Shown here: in pieces, positions 1 through 9,719 of the stretch
How positions within the stretch are numbered: position 1 is the stretch's first letter
Layout: every line of letters starts with the position of its first letter
Source: an uncultured Candidatus Saccharibacteria bacterium
Lineage (GTDB): Bacteria > Patescibacteriota > CAZHWT01
Direction of reading: 5' to 3'
Assembly (NCBI GenBank): GCA_964597145.1
Contig: CAZQWH010000002.1
Span: forward strand, 177,232-241,231
Length of the DNA stretch: 64,000 bases
The notes under the pieces: model-generated
Seen by the model: the letters and a program-made list of their open reading frames with translations, nothing else
What the model was told of the DNA's origin: nothing
Database searches by the model: none
Position numbers and translations under genes: made by a program

Positions 1-2
1 GT

Positions 3-86
3 GCTAATGCCGACTTCGACTCTGTGTCATTCGAGCAAATGCGTGAAGAAGAAGAAAGTACCTACAACGCTCGCGACGAATATTAA
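3..86 (+). CDS. C-terminal fragment of a gene starting before the window
   Basis: Open frame ANADFDSVSFEQMREEEESTYNARDEY ends at TAA 84-86 and is followed by a hairpin. Confidence 0.5.
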   Translation, partial: ANADFDSVSFEQMREEEESTYNARDEY

Positions 87-122
87 AAACCCATCGGCCT
101 TAAAAGACCGCCAGTAAATTGG

Positions 123-159
123 TAAACCCTCAGCTGCGTTACAACAAGCTGAGGGTTTA
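123..159. terminator. Hairpin between convergent genes
   Basis: TAAACCCTCAGCT (123-135) / AGCTGAGGGTTTA (147-159) is a perfect 13-bp inverted repeat. Confidence 0.65.
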
Positions 160-225
160 GGTAAGTTAATAAATTAATCCAATCGACACTCAAAAAGTAA
201 TTGTACACTAGGCCGATGCGCACTA

Positions 226-1116
226 TTAAATCAAATCATCTTCACCAAATGCTGATTCAATAGGTGCTGGGGCAGCAGTAGCTTCCTCAGGTGTAGCCTT
301 AGGCTTTACCGATGAGGAGGCTGGCTCAGCTGACTTAGAGGTAGTCTCGGCGCTCTTGTTTCGTGACAAGCTCGATTTGCCCTCGCTCCGACCAGCCTTC
401 TTGGGCTTATTAGTAGTTGACTTAGTTTTCGACTTAGACGAATGAGCTGGTTTAACCTCTTCAGATCTAGGCGCATTGGGCGTCGCTCCGGAGCCCGAGC
501 TCGCAGCCTCGGCAACTACTTCGGGTGCCACCACCTGTTCCGGCGCATGGGCCACCGGCATTGCTTGGGGCACCACTGGAGCTGGGCCACTCTCCTCCGC
601 CAATACTGGTTGGACTGCAGGAAGTACTGTAGAGCTTGCTTCTCCTGGATGGTGATTAACAACCTTTTCTACCGCCGCCCAACTACCTTTAGGGTGCTGC
701 TTAGGGTATTGAATAAAGACTTGGTCACCAACTTCCCCATTATAGTGCTTAATGGCTGCCGAAAGAACTTTAAACGAGCCTTCTTCAGTTAGCACTTCAT
801 ACTTGCCATCTTTTTTGACCAACACCCCGTGGGTCTTTACTCGCTCCACTTTACCAATTTGCTTATACCTCGTTTGCCCCCCATCTTTCCCCTCGATCAT
901 ACGCACTGAGTCGCCTGGGACAAGCATGGTTTTTGAAGCATAATTAGGGGGGACTTGGTGCCGTTTACCACCATCTTCAACCATAAATTCACCATCAAAT
1001 ATGCCAACCACGCCTTCCTGAGATGGGTTGCTTTGACCTATGGCCTGCTTTAAAATAACCAGCTGTTCTTCAATCGCTTGAATCGCTTGGGCAAGTTGTT
1101 GATTAGTAACGGACAT
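226..1116 (-). CDS. Conserved hypothetical protein with low-complexity C-terminal tail
   Basis: 296 aa; G.FDGEFM...VPPNYASK core typical of a CPR-conserved family; AAGGAG RBS; Ala/Pro/Ser/Lys-rich tail. Confidence 0.75.
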   Translation of the reverse strand: MSVTNQQLAQAIQAIEEQLVILKQAIGQSNPSQEGVVGIFDGEFMVEDGGKRHQVPPNYASKTMLVPGDSVRMIEGKDGGQTRYKQIGKVERVKTHGVLVKKDGKYEVLTEEGSFKVLSAAIKHYNGEVGDQVFIQYPKQHPKGSWAAVEKVVNHHPGEASSTVLPAVQPVLAEESGPAPVVPQAMPVAHAPEQVVAPEVVAEAASSGSGATPNAPRSEEVKPAHSSKSKTKSTTNKPKKAGRSEGKSSLSRNKSAETTSKSAEPASSSVKPKATPEEATAAPAPIESAFGEDDLI

Positions 1117-1134
1117 GAGTAAACTCCTTTAACC

Positions 1135-3987
1135 TTATGAATCTGATTTACTTGGATTGTGCTGCCGGGGAGGTAAAATAATTTCCCCACTTGAGCCCGA
1201 AGTGGCTATGTGGCGAATCTGAGAATACCCTACTCCACCAGGCACTCCTTGGATCACTCGTGGTGTAACCCGATGGGGTCGGCTCACTTCATCCGATGGG
1301 GATGATGCCTCAGAATTCACCACCACCTTCGAAGCAGCTCCATCATGCTTGGTTTGGTTAAGATGACCATTCGACGCAATTCGACGCTCTGTCTTGGGCC
1401 TAATAACCGTCTCCGCTGGCGCCGACTCGGCTAGTTGATCATCTACTACTGCAGGCAAATCATTGGTAGCCTCTGCGGCAATTACTCCAGTATGGCTTGC
1501 ATTGCTTACGCCACTGCCAGATAATCGCTCTTGTTCCGCCTTTTGACGCAAAGTGGTAATAATTGTGCGAGCTTCATGGGGATTATAGTTAAATTTCTTA
1601 ATATTCCACTTCGCAATCTTTTCCTCCACTTCAGTTACAGGAGTAGCATAGACCCGACGAGAATGTTCAATAATTGCTTGGCGGTGCCCCTCGTGTCGGG
1701 CAATTGGCGGTAAGGTTGCGGCGCTAAACGGACGCGATTCCATTCCGTCAATCATCAGCTTGAGATAAATATGATGCTTCTCTAAGCTAACTAAATCTTC
1801 AGCTGCAAATACTGGTGCAAACTGGCTAGCCAAAGTCGCCGCATCATTTGGACCAACCGTAAACGCAATCGTACTGCCCACGTTACCAAATACTGCCTGT
1901 CGAACTGCCTCAGGCATTTGATCTATAAACTGGTGGGTAATAATTAGGTTAAGCCGATACTTACGAGCCTCAGACAATATTTCGGCAAATGAATCGGTCG
2001 CAAAGTTTTGGAACTCATCAGCATATACGTAAAAATCTCGCCGCTGGTCTTCCGGCATATTAACCCGTGTCATCGCTGCGCTCTTGAGCCGGGCAATAAT
2101 CATAGATCCCAGTAAAGCCGAGTTATCATTACCAATCTTACCCTTCGAAAGATTAACGAGCAAAATCTTGCCTTCGTTCATGATTTCATCAATCTTAATC
2201 GTCGACTTTGATTGACCCATGATATTTCTAATGGTGGATGTCTGCAGGAACTGGCCAACTTTATTTTGAATTGGCGACACAGCTTCGGTAATCAATCGGT
2301 CATTTGAGGACATCTTGGCATATTCGACCTGCCAAAAAGCCCGGAGTTGCTCATCCTCAAGCCCGCTAACCACAAACCTACGGTAGTCCTTGTCGAGCAA
2401 TAGTCGGTTCACTCCCAGCAATGTGCTGTTGGGAGTCTCAGCTAACGTCAGGAAGCAGTTACGGAGTAAATATTCTAATCGAGGCCCCCATGAGTCAAAG
2501 GTCCGCTTAAACACATCAACCATGGCTGAAGCAGTGAGATTTTTTTGTGTCGGATCGATAAGCTCCAGCATATTCAGACTCACCGGATTTGCCGCATCGG
2601 ATGGGTCAAATAGAACGACATCCTTAACCCTCTCTTCAGGTATATTATCCAGCAACTTTTCAATCATATCCCCGTGCGGATCCATCACGGCGACACCTTC
2701 GCCAGCCAAAATATCTTGTAGCACCATATTCTCCATCAAAGTCGACTTACCTGTACCAGTTTTTCCAATCATGTACATGTGCCGACGACGATCTGCTCGA
2801 TTAATCCCAAATTTTACTTCTCGATTACGGAAAGCCGTTTTAGCAAAAACGGTATCAACATCTTGCGGCAAATCTAAAGGCGGTTCGGCCTGCTTTGCTT
2901 TACTCCAAGCAATGGTTGGCGTTTCTACCGACAGATTAGGCAAATGATAAATGGAGGCTAACTCTTCTGCATTAAGCACAAAGTAGTTCTCATCATCGCC
3001 AGGGAAAATACGCCCTTGATACTCATGAAAAATTTCTTCAGCCCGGCGCTCTACCGGAGAAGGGCGAAAGCTATTGAGGTGAGTCATAGAAAACTGCTTC
3101 AACGAAGCCATAATCGAAGCCAGCGCTTGCTGTGAACCCTGTTCGGTTTGGCTAATCGAAACAATCCGCAAGGAGGTTTCAAACCCCAGTTTGGTCATTT
3201 TATTCTCAATTGCTTTCAGCTCTAGTTCCTGGCCAGAACTAAGCTTGGGTGGCCCTTCAGGCTTCTTCTCCTCAGCCGTCGATCCAACCGCCGTCGATAA
3301 AATCCACAATGGCATCGTAATCAACTCATTAACAATACTTTTGATCACCGAAGCAATAAAATTCTCTTGCGGCTCTAAAGACTTACCACTACGAATTTTT
3401 TCCACATACTCATAACCAGCTTCTTGCCAAATATCATCGAGAGGGCGCAGCAGAATTTGCATCCAGACTTGTTCACCCGGATTTAAACGCTCTACCGAAC
3501 CAGTAATAGCAGCCAAAGGATCGACTTGAAAATCAACGAAAGTTTTAATTGGGTAGAAATACTCTTTATTCAACGTAACTTCGGCCGCGGTCACGATCGC
3601 AGTGTTAGAACTAAAGTGGTGGGCGTAATCAATTTCCACCTCAGAAATTTGAGCCGTTGGATACTGCGCGTAAATTTGACCTTCAACAAAAGTCCGGAAG
3701 TAAGTTGGCAGATAAACGTAAAACCGAATCCCATCGTTAGTCGCCACAATTTCAAAACTAAGATGCTCTTGTAGTCCTGGAGTTTTAGATAATAAGCCAT
3801 GCAAAGAGGCGAACATCATTTCGGCGGATAACGGAGTTTTGTCGTTAAGTTTTGGAACCAGAATGGACAATAAAGTGCCCGTAGCAATCTCTTGCGGCTC
3901 TTCTACTTCTTCCACTCGTCGGCCAGCCACAGTCCAGGCAACCAGGATGGTTCCAGTGACAAATAAGGCAAGTACCAGCAATAACAT
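1135..3987 (-). CDS. VirD4/TraD/TraG-like (HerA-FtsK clan) membrane-anchored P-loop ATPase
   Basis: N-terminal TM; Walker A GKTGTGKS; DPHGD; Walker B YADEFQNF; SEARKYRL..HQ motif; AAGGAG RBS. Confidence 0.85.
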   Translation of the reverse strand: MLLLVLALFVTGTILVAWTVAGRRVEEVEEPQEIATGTLLSILVPKLNDKTPLSAEMMFASLHGLLSKTPGLQEHLSFEIVATNDGIRFYVYLPTYFRTFVEGQIYAQYPTAQISEVEIDYAHHFSSNTAIVTAAEVTLNKEYFYPIKTFVDFQVDPLAAITGSVERLNPGEQVWMQILLRPLDDIWQEAGYEYVEKIRSGKSLEPQENFIASVIKSIVNELITMPLWILSTAVGSTAEEKKPEGPPKLSSGQELELKAIENKMTKLGFETSLRIVSISQTEQGSQQALASIMASLKQFSMTHLNSFRPSPVERRAEEIFHEYQGRIFPGDDENYFVLNAEELASIYHLPNLSVETPTIAWSKAKQAEPPLDLPQDVDTVFAKTAFRNREVKFGINRADRRRHMYMIGKTGTGKSTLMENMVLQDILAGEGVAVMDPHGDMIEKLLDNIPEERVKDVVLFDPSDAANPVSLNMLELIDPTQKNLTASAMVDVFKRTFDSWGPRLEYLLRNCFLTLAETPNSTLLGVNRLLLDKDYRRFVVSGLEDEQLRAFWQVEYAKMSSNDRLITEAVSPIQNKVGQFLQTSTIRNIMGQSKSTIKIDEIMNEGKILLVNLSKGKIGNDNSALLGSMIIARLKSAAMTRVNMPEDQRRDFYVYADEFQNFATDSFAEILSEARKYRLNLIITHQFIDQMPEAVRQAVFGNVGSTIAFTVGPNDAATLASQFAPVFAAEDLVSLEKHHIYLKLMIDGMESRPFSAATLPPIARHEGHRQAIIEHSRRVYATPVTEVEEKIAKWNIKKFNYNPHEARTIITTLRQKAEQERLSGSGVSNASHTGVIAAEATNDLPAVVDDQLAESAPAETVIRPKTERRIASNGHLNQTKHDGAASKVVVNSEASSPSDEVSRPHRVTPRVIQGVPGGVGYSQIRHIATSGSSGEIILPPRQHNPSKSDS

Positions 3988-4086
3988 ACAAATCCTCTTC
4001 TCCTTGGATAGCGCGCAGGTAAAAGGCTAATTTTTTGGCCGTCTGGCGCCTACAAGTGACCTAATTTTATCATACAGATCAGGGTG

Positions 4087-4115
4087 TTGACAAATCATCA
4101 CCATCATACTATAAT
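4087..4115 (+). promoter_or_regulatory. Consensus sigma70 promoter
   Basis: TTGACA (4087-4092), 17-nt spacer, TATAAT (4110-4115). Confidence 0.85.
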
Positions 4116-4121
4116 GCCTTT

Positions 4122-4243
4122 GTCTCTCTCCTTTCTTCGTTCTGCGCGAGAGATGGATAGTGTTTATTTCTTGAGAAGTAGACAGTATCCATCTCTCACT
4201 GTAGAACAAGCAAAAAGGCCGCCCAAAATCAGGCGGCTTTTTT
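4122..4243 (+). ncRNA. Putative novel ~120-nt small RNA (anti-SD 5' tail, ~30-bp rod hairpin, terminator)
   Basis: Lies between a consensus promoter and an intrinsic terminator with no credible ORF; the hairpin 4139-4207 has G-U wobble pairs. Confidence 0.7.
4212..4243 (+). terminator. Rho-independent terminator (possibly bidirectional)
   Basis: AAAAA GGCCGCC-caaaatca-GGCGGCT TTTTT. Confidence 0.8.
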
Positions 4244-4428
4244 GTTGCCTAAAACACTTCACACCGGCGCTATCTTACTATGTATATTGTAGAAGAATAA
4301 ATACAGCTCAAACAGGGTTGCCCATGGGCCACTCTGGTTAGCCAAATTGTACTTAGTTAGGTAATGATAAACTCATTAGCCATACATAACGGCAGGATAG
4401 TTACAGGCAAATGACTAGATCCAAGTTC

Positions 4429-5436
4429 CTATTTCCCCAGTCGCGATAAAGCGTCCGTCCCAATAACGAGCTCGACATCGGCCCGCTCTCTACCTGTCTG
4501 TGGCTGAATCGTAGTCGGCACGCCAAGAAACTGGTTAATCGACCGGGTTAAACTCGTGTTGGTTTCAGCCGTAATACTAGACCCAGTTTGGGCCGTGTCA
4601 GCCGGTTCAACAGCTATCACTTCCCCACCCATATTGGCCACAAAGCGGCTAGCTAAAGCGGCCAGCCCATCCACATGAGTCGCATTTTTAACCACAATAC
4701 TAGTCGCCTCATGTCGCACTGCATCAGAAATAAATAAATTCTGGACAATCGGATCGGTTACATCTGGCACAAGCTGAAGTTTGCCATCAGTGGTTTGCTT
4801 GGCTGTTGCTGGCAACTGCACAACAGTCGACTGGCTCACGGGTAAGTCTCTAAGCAACCAAGCCAGTTGAAGTAATTGCCATTCAGACAGGTTGGTCGCT
4901 ACCGACGACGCGGAATCCAACCACAAGGGCAACCCAATCGTAGTCGACCACCAGTCGGGTGGGGTGTGCAAGCTAAAACTCTCTACTAACGATGTTTTTC
5001 TATCCACCTCTGTCACGCGCGGTTGAATAATGTATCCAGTTACCGCTAACGCCAACTGCCCTTCAATAGCTAATTGCATTTCTTTGTAATAATGGCTTTC
5101 AAGATATTGCCCAACTTCAGTCACTCCATCAGAAAGATTAAGCGGAAGTCTAAGCGCGGCAACAGTTCGCTGTTCAAAGTCGGCCTTAAGGATAGTTAAC
5201 GAATCCAGCTGAGCCGCCTGATTGGACTGTTGGGCAATTACCAGTACTGGAGATTGGGTAGATGTGGCAATAAAATCATGGCCATTAACTGCGGGCAGAG
5301 GCTCAATCTTTTGCCAAAGCTGCACCATAGTCGCCCCTAGCCAGCCAACCGTCCCCACCACTACCCCAAACACTACCAGTTTGACTAATAATCCTCCACC
5401 CTTTCTTCTCCTAGCTTTTGATCGTCGACGACTCAT
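4429..5436 (-). CDS. Membrane-anchored LytR C-terminal domain protein (degenerate LCP-like)
   Basis: Basic N-terminus plus TM; C-terminal VVKNAT..DGLA...ADVELVIG.D LytR_C pattern. Confidence 0.7.
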   Translation of the reverse strand: MSRRRSKARRRKGGGLLVKLVVFGVVVGTVGWLGATMVQLWQKIEPLPAVNGHDFIATSTQSPVLVIAQQSNQAAQLDSLTILKADFEQRTVAALRLPLNLSDGVTEVGQYLESHYYKEMQLAIEGQLALAVTGYIIQPRVTEVDRKTSLVESFSLHTPPDWWSTTIGLPLWLDSASSVATNLSEWQLLQLAWLLRDLPVSQSTVVQLPATAKQTTDGKLQLVPDVTDPIVQNLFISDAVRHEATSIVVKNATHVDGLAALASRFVANMGGEVIAVEPADTAQTGSSITAETNTSLTRSINQFLGVPTTIQPQTGRERADVELVIGTDALSRLGK

Positions 5437-6695
5437 ACCAAATATTCCTGCTTAAGTTGTGCAAATTCGTTATTCTCTAAACTGTGTTGTATTCTTTTGG
5501 TCAACGCCACCAAAGCATAAACATTATGGTACGAAGCCAACCGGATCGCTAATAACTCTCCCGCTTTAAATAAATGATTCAGATAGGCCCGAGTATAGGT
5601 TGTACATACCCAACAATCACAGCTCGGATCTGGAGGGCTAAAATCAGACTGGTATTTTTGATTAGTAATAATCAAGCGATAGGGATTAGCCGAGCCCTCT
5701 GTCTTAGCTGTTTGAGGATGAACTACCAAAGTACCAGTCCGAGCCCAACGAGTTGGAGTAACGCAATCAAACGTATCAATTCCCTGCTCTACGCCCATAA
5801 AGATATCATCTATATCCCCTACCCCTAACAGGTGACGCGGTTTTTGCGGGTCAAGCAAGGGCGTGCTCCACTCAACTGCCTGACGCATAATAGTTTTAGA
5901 TTCACCCACCGAAACCCCGCCCACACAGTAGCCATCAAAGTCAAGGCTGTCAATGTAGCTGGCCGAGTCTCTGCGCAAATCAGGATAGGCCCCACCCTGC
6001 ACAATGCCATATAAAAACTGATGGGATTGTTTATGTTTTTGATGATAAGTCAGGCCTCGTTTAGCCCAACGATGGGTGCGTTCGGTAGCTTGCTTAGTAT
6101 ATTCCCAGGTCGAAGGGTGCGGCGGACATTCGTCGAAAGACAAAATAACATCTGCCCCTAGCTTATGCTGAATTTCCAGAGATTTTTCTGGAGTAAAACG
6201 ATGAAGATGCCCATTCAAATGGGAACGGAAAGTTACCCCCTCTTCGTCAACTCTAGCTAGTAGTTGAGGCCGGTTAAGCGTCAGACCCTCAGGCACAGCA
6301 TTAAGGGCATCAGACGCGACTTTCTTTCCCTCTTGCTTGCCTGCCCTCTCGGCTCTGGCTTTATGTTTTTCCAGTTTCCCCAACCCTAGACTAAAGACCT
6401 GAAAGCCGCCACTATCAGTAAACAGCGCCCCAGGCCAATTTTGAAATGCATGCAAACCGCCCGCCCGCGCTATAATATCCGGGCCAGGTCGCAAATATAA
6501 ATGATAAGTATTACCCAAAATCATCCGCGCGCCAATTTGCCACAGTTCAGCTTGGGATAACGATTTTACCGTACCCTGGGTTCCAACCGGTAAAAATGCT
6601 GGCGTGTCAATATCACCATGTGCGGTCCGAATGCGACCTCGACGAGCTAAAGACTTTTTATCCGATTGCAGCAAACTATAAAATGGCATGGTCAC
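5433..6695 (-). CDS. tgt: Queuine tRNA-ribosyltransferase
   Basis: TPAFLPVGT, NTYHLYLRPG, DSGGFQ, FDCVTPTR and Zn site CDCWVC..HN. Confidence 0.96.
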   Translation of the reverse strand: MTMPFYSLLQSDKKSLARRGRIRTAHGDIDTPAFLPVGTQGTVKSLSQAELWQIGARMILGNTYHLYLRPGPDIIARAGGLHAFQNWPGALFTDSGGFQVFSLGLGKLEKHKARAERAGKQEGKKVASDALNAVPEGLTLNRPQLLARVDEEGVTFRSHLNGHLHRFTPEKSLEIQHKLGADVILSFDECPPHPSTWEYTKQATERTHRWAKRGLTYHQKHKQSHQFLYGIVQGGAYPDLRRDSASYIDSLDFDGYCVGGVSVGESKTIMRQAVEWSTPLLDPQKPRHLLGVGDIDDIFMGVEQGIDTFDCVTPTRWARTGTLVVHPQTAKTEGSANPYRLIITNQKYQSDFSPPDPSCDCWVCTTYTRAYLNHLFKAGELLAIRLASYHNVYALVALTKRIQHSLENNEFAQLKQEYLV

Positions 6696-8402
6696 TTATC
6701 GCCCTAAGAAGCCCTGAGCCGACAGGTATTGCAAATGCAGCAGCTTAGCTGGCTCTAACTGGCTTAAGTCGGCAAGGTGATCCTTGACAACTTGGGCCAT
6801 AGCGTTACTGCCTATAAGTTTAGGGATAATAACATACGACGCGCCTATCCGATAATAGGTTAAAGCATCACTAATAGTGCTCGCAGTCACAATAATTTGA
6901 CATCTTACGTTGTGCTCTTTCAGCTGTCGCAGCAAATGCAACGTTGCCTCATGCTGGGGAATAGTCGAAATAATCAGCTGGGCCTGGGCTATACCAGCCT
7001 GGTGCAACACTGTTTCGTCGGTCGCGTCGCCATAAATAGCTGGGTAACCATTTTCGGCTAGTACAGCAATCCGATCCGGGTCAAAATCAACCACCACCAC
7101 CTTATGTGAACCGTGCTGGAGAGCATCTACAACATCCGAACCCAGCCGATGCGCACCCATAATAATAATATGATCCCGCCATTTCTGCTGCTTAACCCGT
7201 CGCTCACGGTAGTCGGGCCTCTCAAGCAAAAGCAGGAATGGGCGAAGCTTGTGGTATATAGCGTGCTCATGTTTAACCACAATGCTTGAAACCAACATGG
7301 TAATCAGTACGGTTAGGGTAATCAGTGATCCTTGCTGAGCAGATAAATGATGATTGGCTACACCAAGGGCCCCCAGTACTAAGGAAAACTCACCAATTTG
7401 ACTCATAAGCAACGACGCAAAAAAGGCTGTATGGCGTTTATAGCCAAACCTCCCCAATAGGATAGCGGTAACCAATGGATTAAGGACAATAACCACGGCG
7501 CTTAGCACAATCGCCGGCAGTATAATTTGCAGTGGTGAAGAAATAGTAATCTGTAACCCAAGAGTAATAAAAAATAGCACGACAAAAAAATCACGCAGCG
7601 GCTTAATCCGCCCAGCTATCTGGTATTGGTAGCTCGACGAGGACAAACCTAAACCAGCCAAGAACGCCCCAATCTCAACCGAGAAGCCAAACACTTGAGC
7701 AATAGCTGCTCCAAAGATACACCAAGCAATGCTGGCCAGGAGCAGCAATTCAGATGAATCAGCAATATGGCGAAAGATTTTAGGCAAAACATGCTGGCTA
7801 AAAAACACATGTGCCGTCACCAATAATGCACCCTTGCTCAGCATCAACCCAACTTCAATTAGTCCTACCGAGCCGCCGCTACTATTGGCGCTTAAGCTTG
7901 AAAGGATAATAATCGCAATTACCGCTACAATGTCTTGAACCAAATGCAAGACCATATCTAATTTGCCATACAGCGTCTCGGTCGCATTTTTATCATTTAA
8001 GTATTTAACCGATATAACCGCCGAAGCGATAGTCATGGCCAAGGCTACATAAATCGAGGGCATAATACCCATCCCCAACCAAATAACAACACTAAAGCTA
8101 ATGGTGGCTACAATCGCAATTTGAGCCAAGGCCGTCACAATCGCGGTGCGCCCGAGTCGCGTTATGCTTTTAATATTGAGTTCTAAACCCACCAGGAACA
8201 ATAAGAAGGCTATGCCAAGTTCCGAAAAGAAGTGCAAGCTCTCGGGCTCATGGATATATTGGCTACCCAAAATCCCGACCACTATACCAGTAAAAATATA
8301 GGCAAAAAACAACGGCTGCTTAAGTTTGTGACAAATAAGGCCAACTATGGCCGCTACTAACAGTAAGCTTCCAAGCTGTAATAATAAGGATTCAGCGAAC
8401 AT
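6696..8402 (-). CDS. CPA2 cation:proton antiporter with C-terminal TrkA-N (RCK) domain, KefB/C-like
   Basis: About 12 TM; FLLFLVGLEL, QDIVAV and SQIGEFS motifs; GAHRLG / YGDAT Rossmann domain. Confidence 0.9.
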   Translation of the reverse strand: MFAESLLLQLGSLLLVAAIVGLICHKLKQPLFFAYIFTGIVVGILGSQYIHEPESLHFFSELGIAFLLFLVGLELNIKSITRLGRTAIVTALAQIAIVATISFSVVIWLGMGIMPSIYVALAMTIASAVISVKYLNDKNATETLYGKLDMVLHLVQDIVAVIAIIILSSLSANSSGGSVGLIEVGLMLSKGALLVTAHVFFSQHVLPKIFRHIADSSELLLLASIAWCIFGAAIAQVFGFSVEIGAFLAGLGLSSSSYQYQIAGRIKPLRDFFVVLFFITLGLQITISSPLQIILPAIVLSAVVIVLNPLVTAILLGRFGYKRHTAFFASLLMSQIGEFSLVLGALGVANHHLSAQQGSLITLTVLITMLVSSIVVKHEHAIYHKLRPFLLLLERPDYRERRVKQQKWRDHIIIMGAHRLGSDVVDALQHGSHKVVVVDFDPDRIAVLAENGYPAIYGDATDETVLHQAGIAQAQLIISTIPQHEATLHLLRQLKEHNVRCQIIVTASTISDALTYYRIGASYVIIPKLIGSNAMAQVVKDHLADLSQLEPAKLLHLQYLSAQGFLGR

Positions 8403-8513
8403 GGGCTAGGCAGTGGCGCCACTTTTATATCGAGCAAGTAGCGCAATGACGATTCTATAGTAACAGGAAACCAGGCAGGTTGAAAATGGCCGCCACTCCA
8501 AATCTACCCTAAA

Positions 8514-8570
8514 TTAATGGTATAAAACAGAGTCATAAAAATTTAATTATATAATATATTATATAATTAA
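8514..8570 (+). repeat. 57-bp dispersed element, copy 1 (28-bp perfect A/T palindrome 8543-8570)
   Basis: TTAATTATATAATATATTATATAATTAA, also at 39858 and (26 bp) 53866, with a conserved flank. Confidence 0.85.
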
Positions 8571-8578
8571 TTATATAA

Positions 8579-9274
8579 TTAATTTACAGGGTTAAGTTGA
8601 TCAATAAACAATTGAAGTTCAGAGGGTAGTGGTGCGTTAAATTCCATTTTTTGCTGTGAGGTAGGATGAAAAAATCCAAGCCGAGCAGCATGCAAAAACT
8701 GCCGCATGCCGGTTGTATCTTTGCGTCGACCATATACCCGGTCGCCTACCAGCGGGTAGCCCATGGCAAAGAGATGGACTCGAGCTTGGTGGGTTCGCCC
8801 TGTATACAGCTTTAAGCGCAGCCGACTAACTGGCTCGTCGTGGTATGTATAAACCTGCTCTCGCCACATCTCAGTTTTAGCCTCTCGTCCTCCATGGTTA
8901 GCCACCACAAATTTATACCCTAGGCTGGGATGGCGCAAAATAGGTGCATCTACTAGTGCATGGGCGTCTATAAATCGCCCCCATACCAATGCCATATATT
9001 CCTTCTCCGTCAGCCGGTGTGCAAATTGACGCTGCAACTCTTTTTGAGCCACCGCCGTTTTGGCCACCACCATCACTCCCGAGGTGTCTCGGTCTAATCG
9101 GTGCACTATCCCCTGCCGCTCTAGCCCAGGAACCTCAGGGAGTAATTCATCTAGGGTTGGTTCAGTGTGAGTATGACTTTTCTGTACAATAAGCCCGGCA
9201 GGCTTATGAATAACCAGGATCTCATCGTCTTGATATAAAATTGGCGGAAAGTCGATTTTTTCAGGATTGCTCAT
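8579..9274 (-). CDS. RluA-family pseudouridine synthase
   Basis: HKPAG, GIVHRLDRDTSG (catalytic Asp), TGRTHQ.RVH, GDRVYG, LHA. Confidence 0.93.
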   Translation of the reverse strand: MSNPEKIDFPPILYQDDEILVIHKPAGLIVQKSHTHTEPTLDELLPEVPGLERQGIVHRLDRDTSGVMVVAKTAVAQKELQRQFAHRLTEKEYMALVWGRFIDAHALVDAPILRHPSLGYKFVVANHGGREAKTEMWREQVYTYHDEPVSRLRLKLYTGRTHQARVHLFAMGYPLVGDRVYGRRKDTTGMRQFLHAARLGFFHPTSQQKMEFNAPLPSELQLFIDQLNPVN

Positions 9275-9638
9275 GCGCTAAGAATCTACCCACTTCGGCC
9301 AACACTTGGTCTGGCGCCAGAGCCGATTTAACTAAATGGCCTACGGCTCCAAGTGCAAACCCTTCCTGGACGACCGCCTCTTGGCCCAAGTTGGTCAGCA
9401 TCACAATTTGTCCCATCTTTTTCTTACGATCTTCAGGTAACTCTTTTAACACCGTCAGCCCGTCTTTTTTGGGCAACATGATATCTAATAGGACTAAGTC
9501 GTAGGTAGTATGGTTCATTTTATCTAAAGCTACCTCACCATCATCAGCAACTTCCACCTGATATTTTTCTGCAGTCAATAAATCAACATATAAATCTTGT
9601 AAAAATTTGTCATCTTCAACAATTAAAATCGATGCCAT
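9261..9638 (-). CDS. Single-domain response regulator (receiver only)
   Basis: ILIVEDD, LLDIMLP..DG, LTN, VK. Start moved to ATG 9638, which follows an AAGGAGG RBS. Confidence 0.92.
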   Translation of the reverse strand: MASILIVEDDKFLQDLYVDLLTAEKYQVEVADDGEVALDKMNHTTYDLVLLDIMLPKKDGLTVLKELPEDRKKKMGQIVMLTNLGQEAVVQEGFALGAVGHLVKSALAPDQVLAEVGRFLAHEQS

Positions 9639-9719
9639 AATCCATGCCTCCTTGTGTATGACTAAATAAAACAGTGTGTCGGCCACATTATACCAAATAT
9701 CAGGGTAACTCACCTGGTG

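Noticed and set aside
4027-4341. ORFs 4027-4209 (-) and 4084-4341 (+)
   Set aside because: No suitably spaced RBS, and they run through a promoter, hairpin and terminator; an sRNA explains the region better.
8543-8570. A/T palindrome as the chromosomal dif site
   Set aside because: Three copies, fully symmetric, and lacking the XerD arm consensus TTATGTTAAA.
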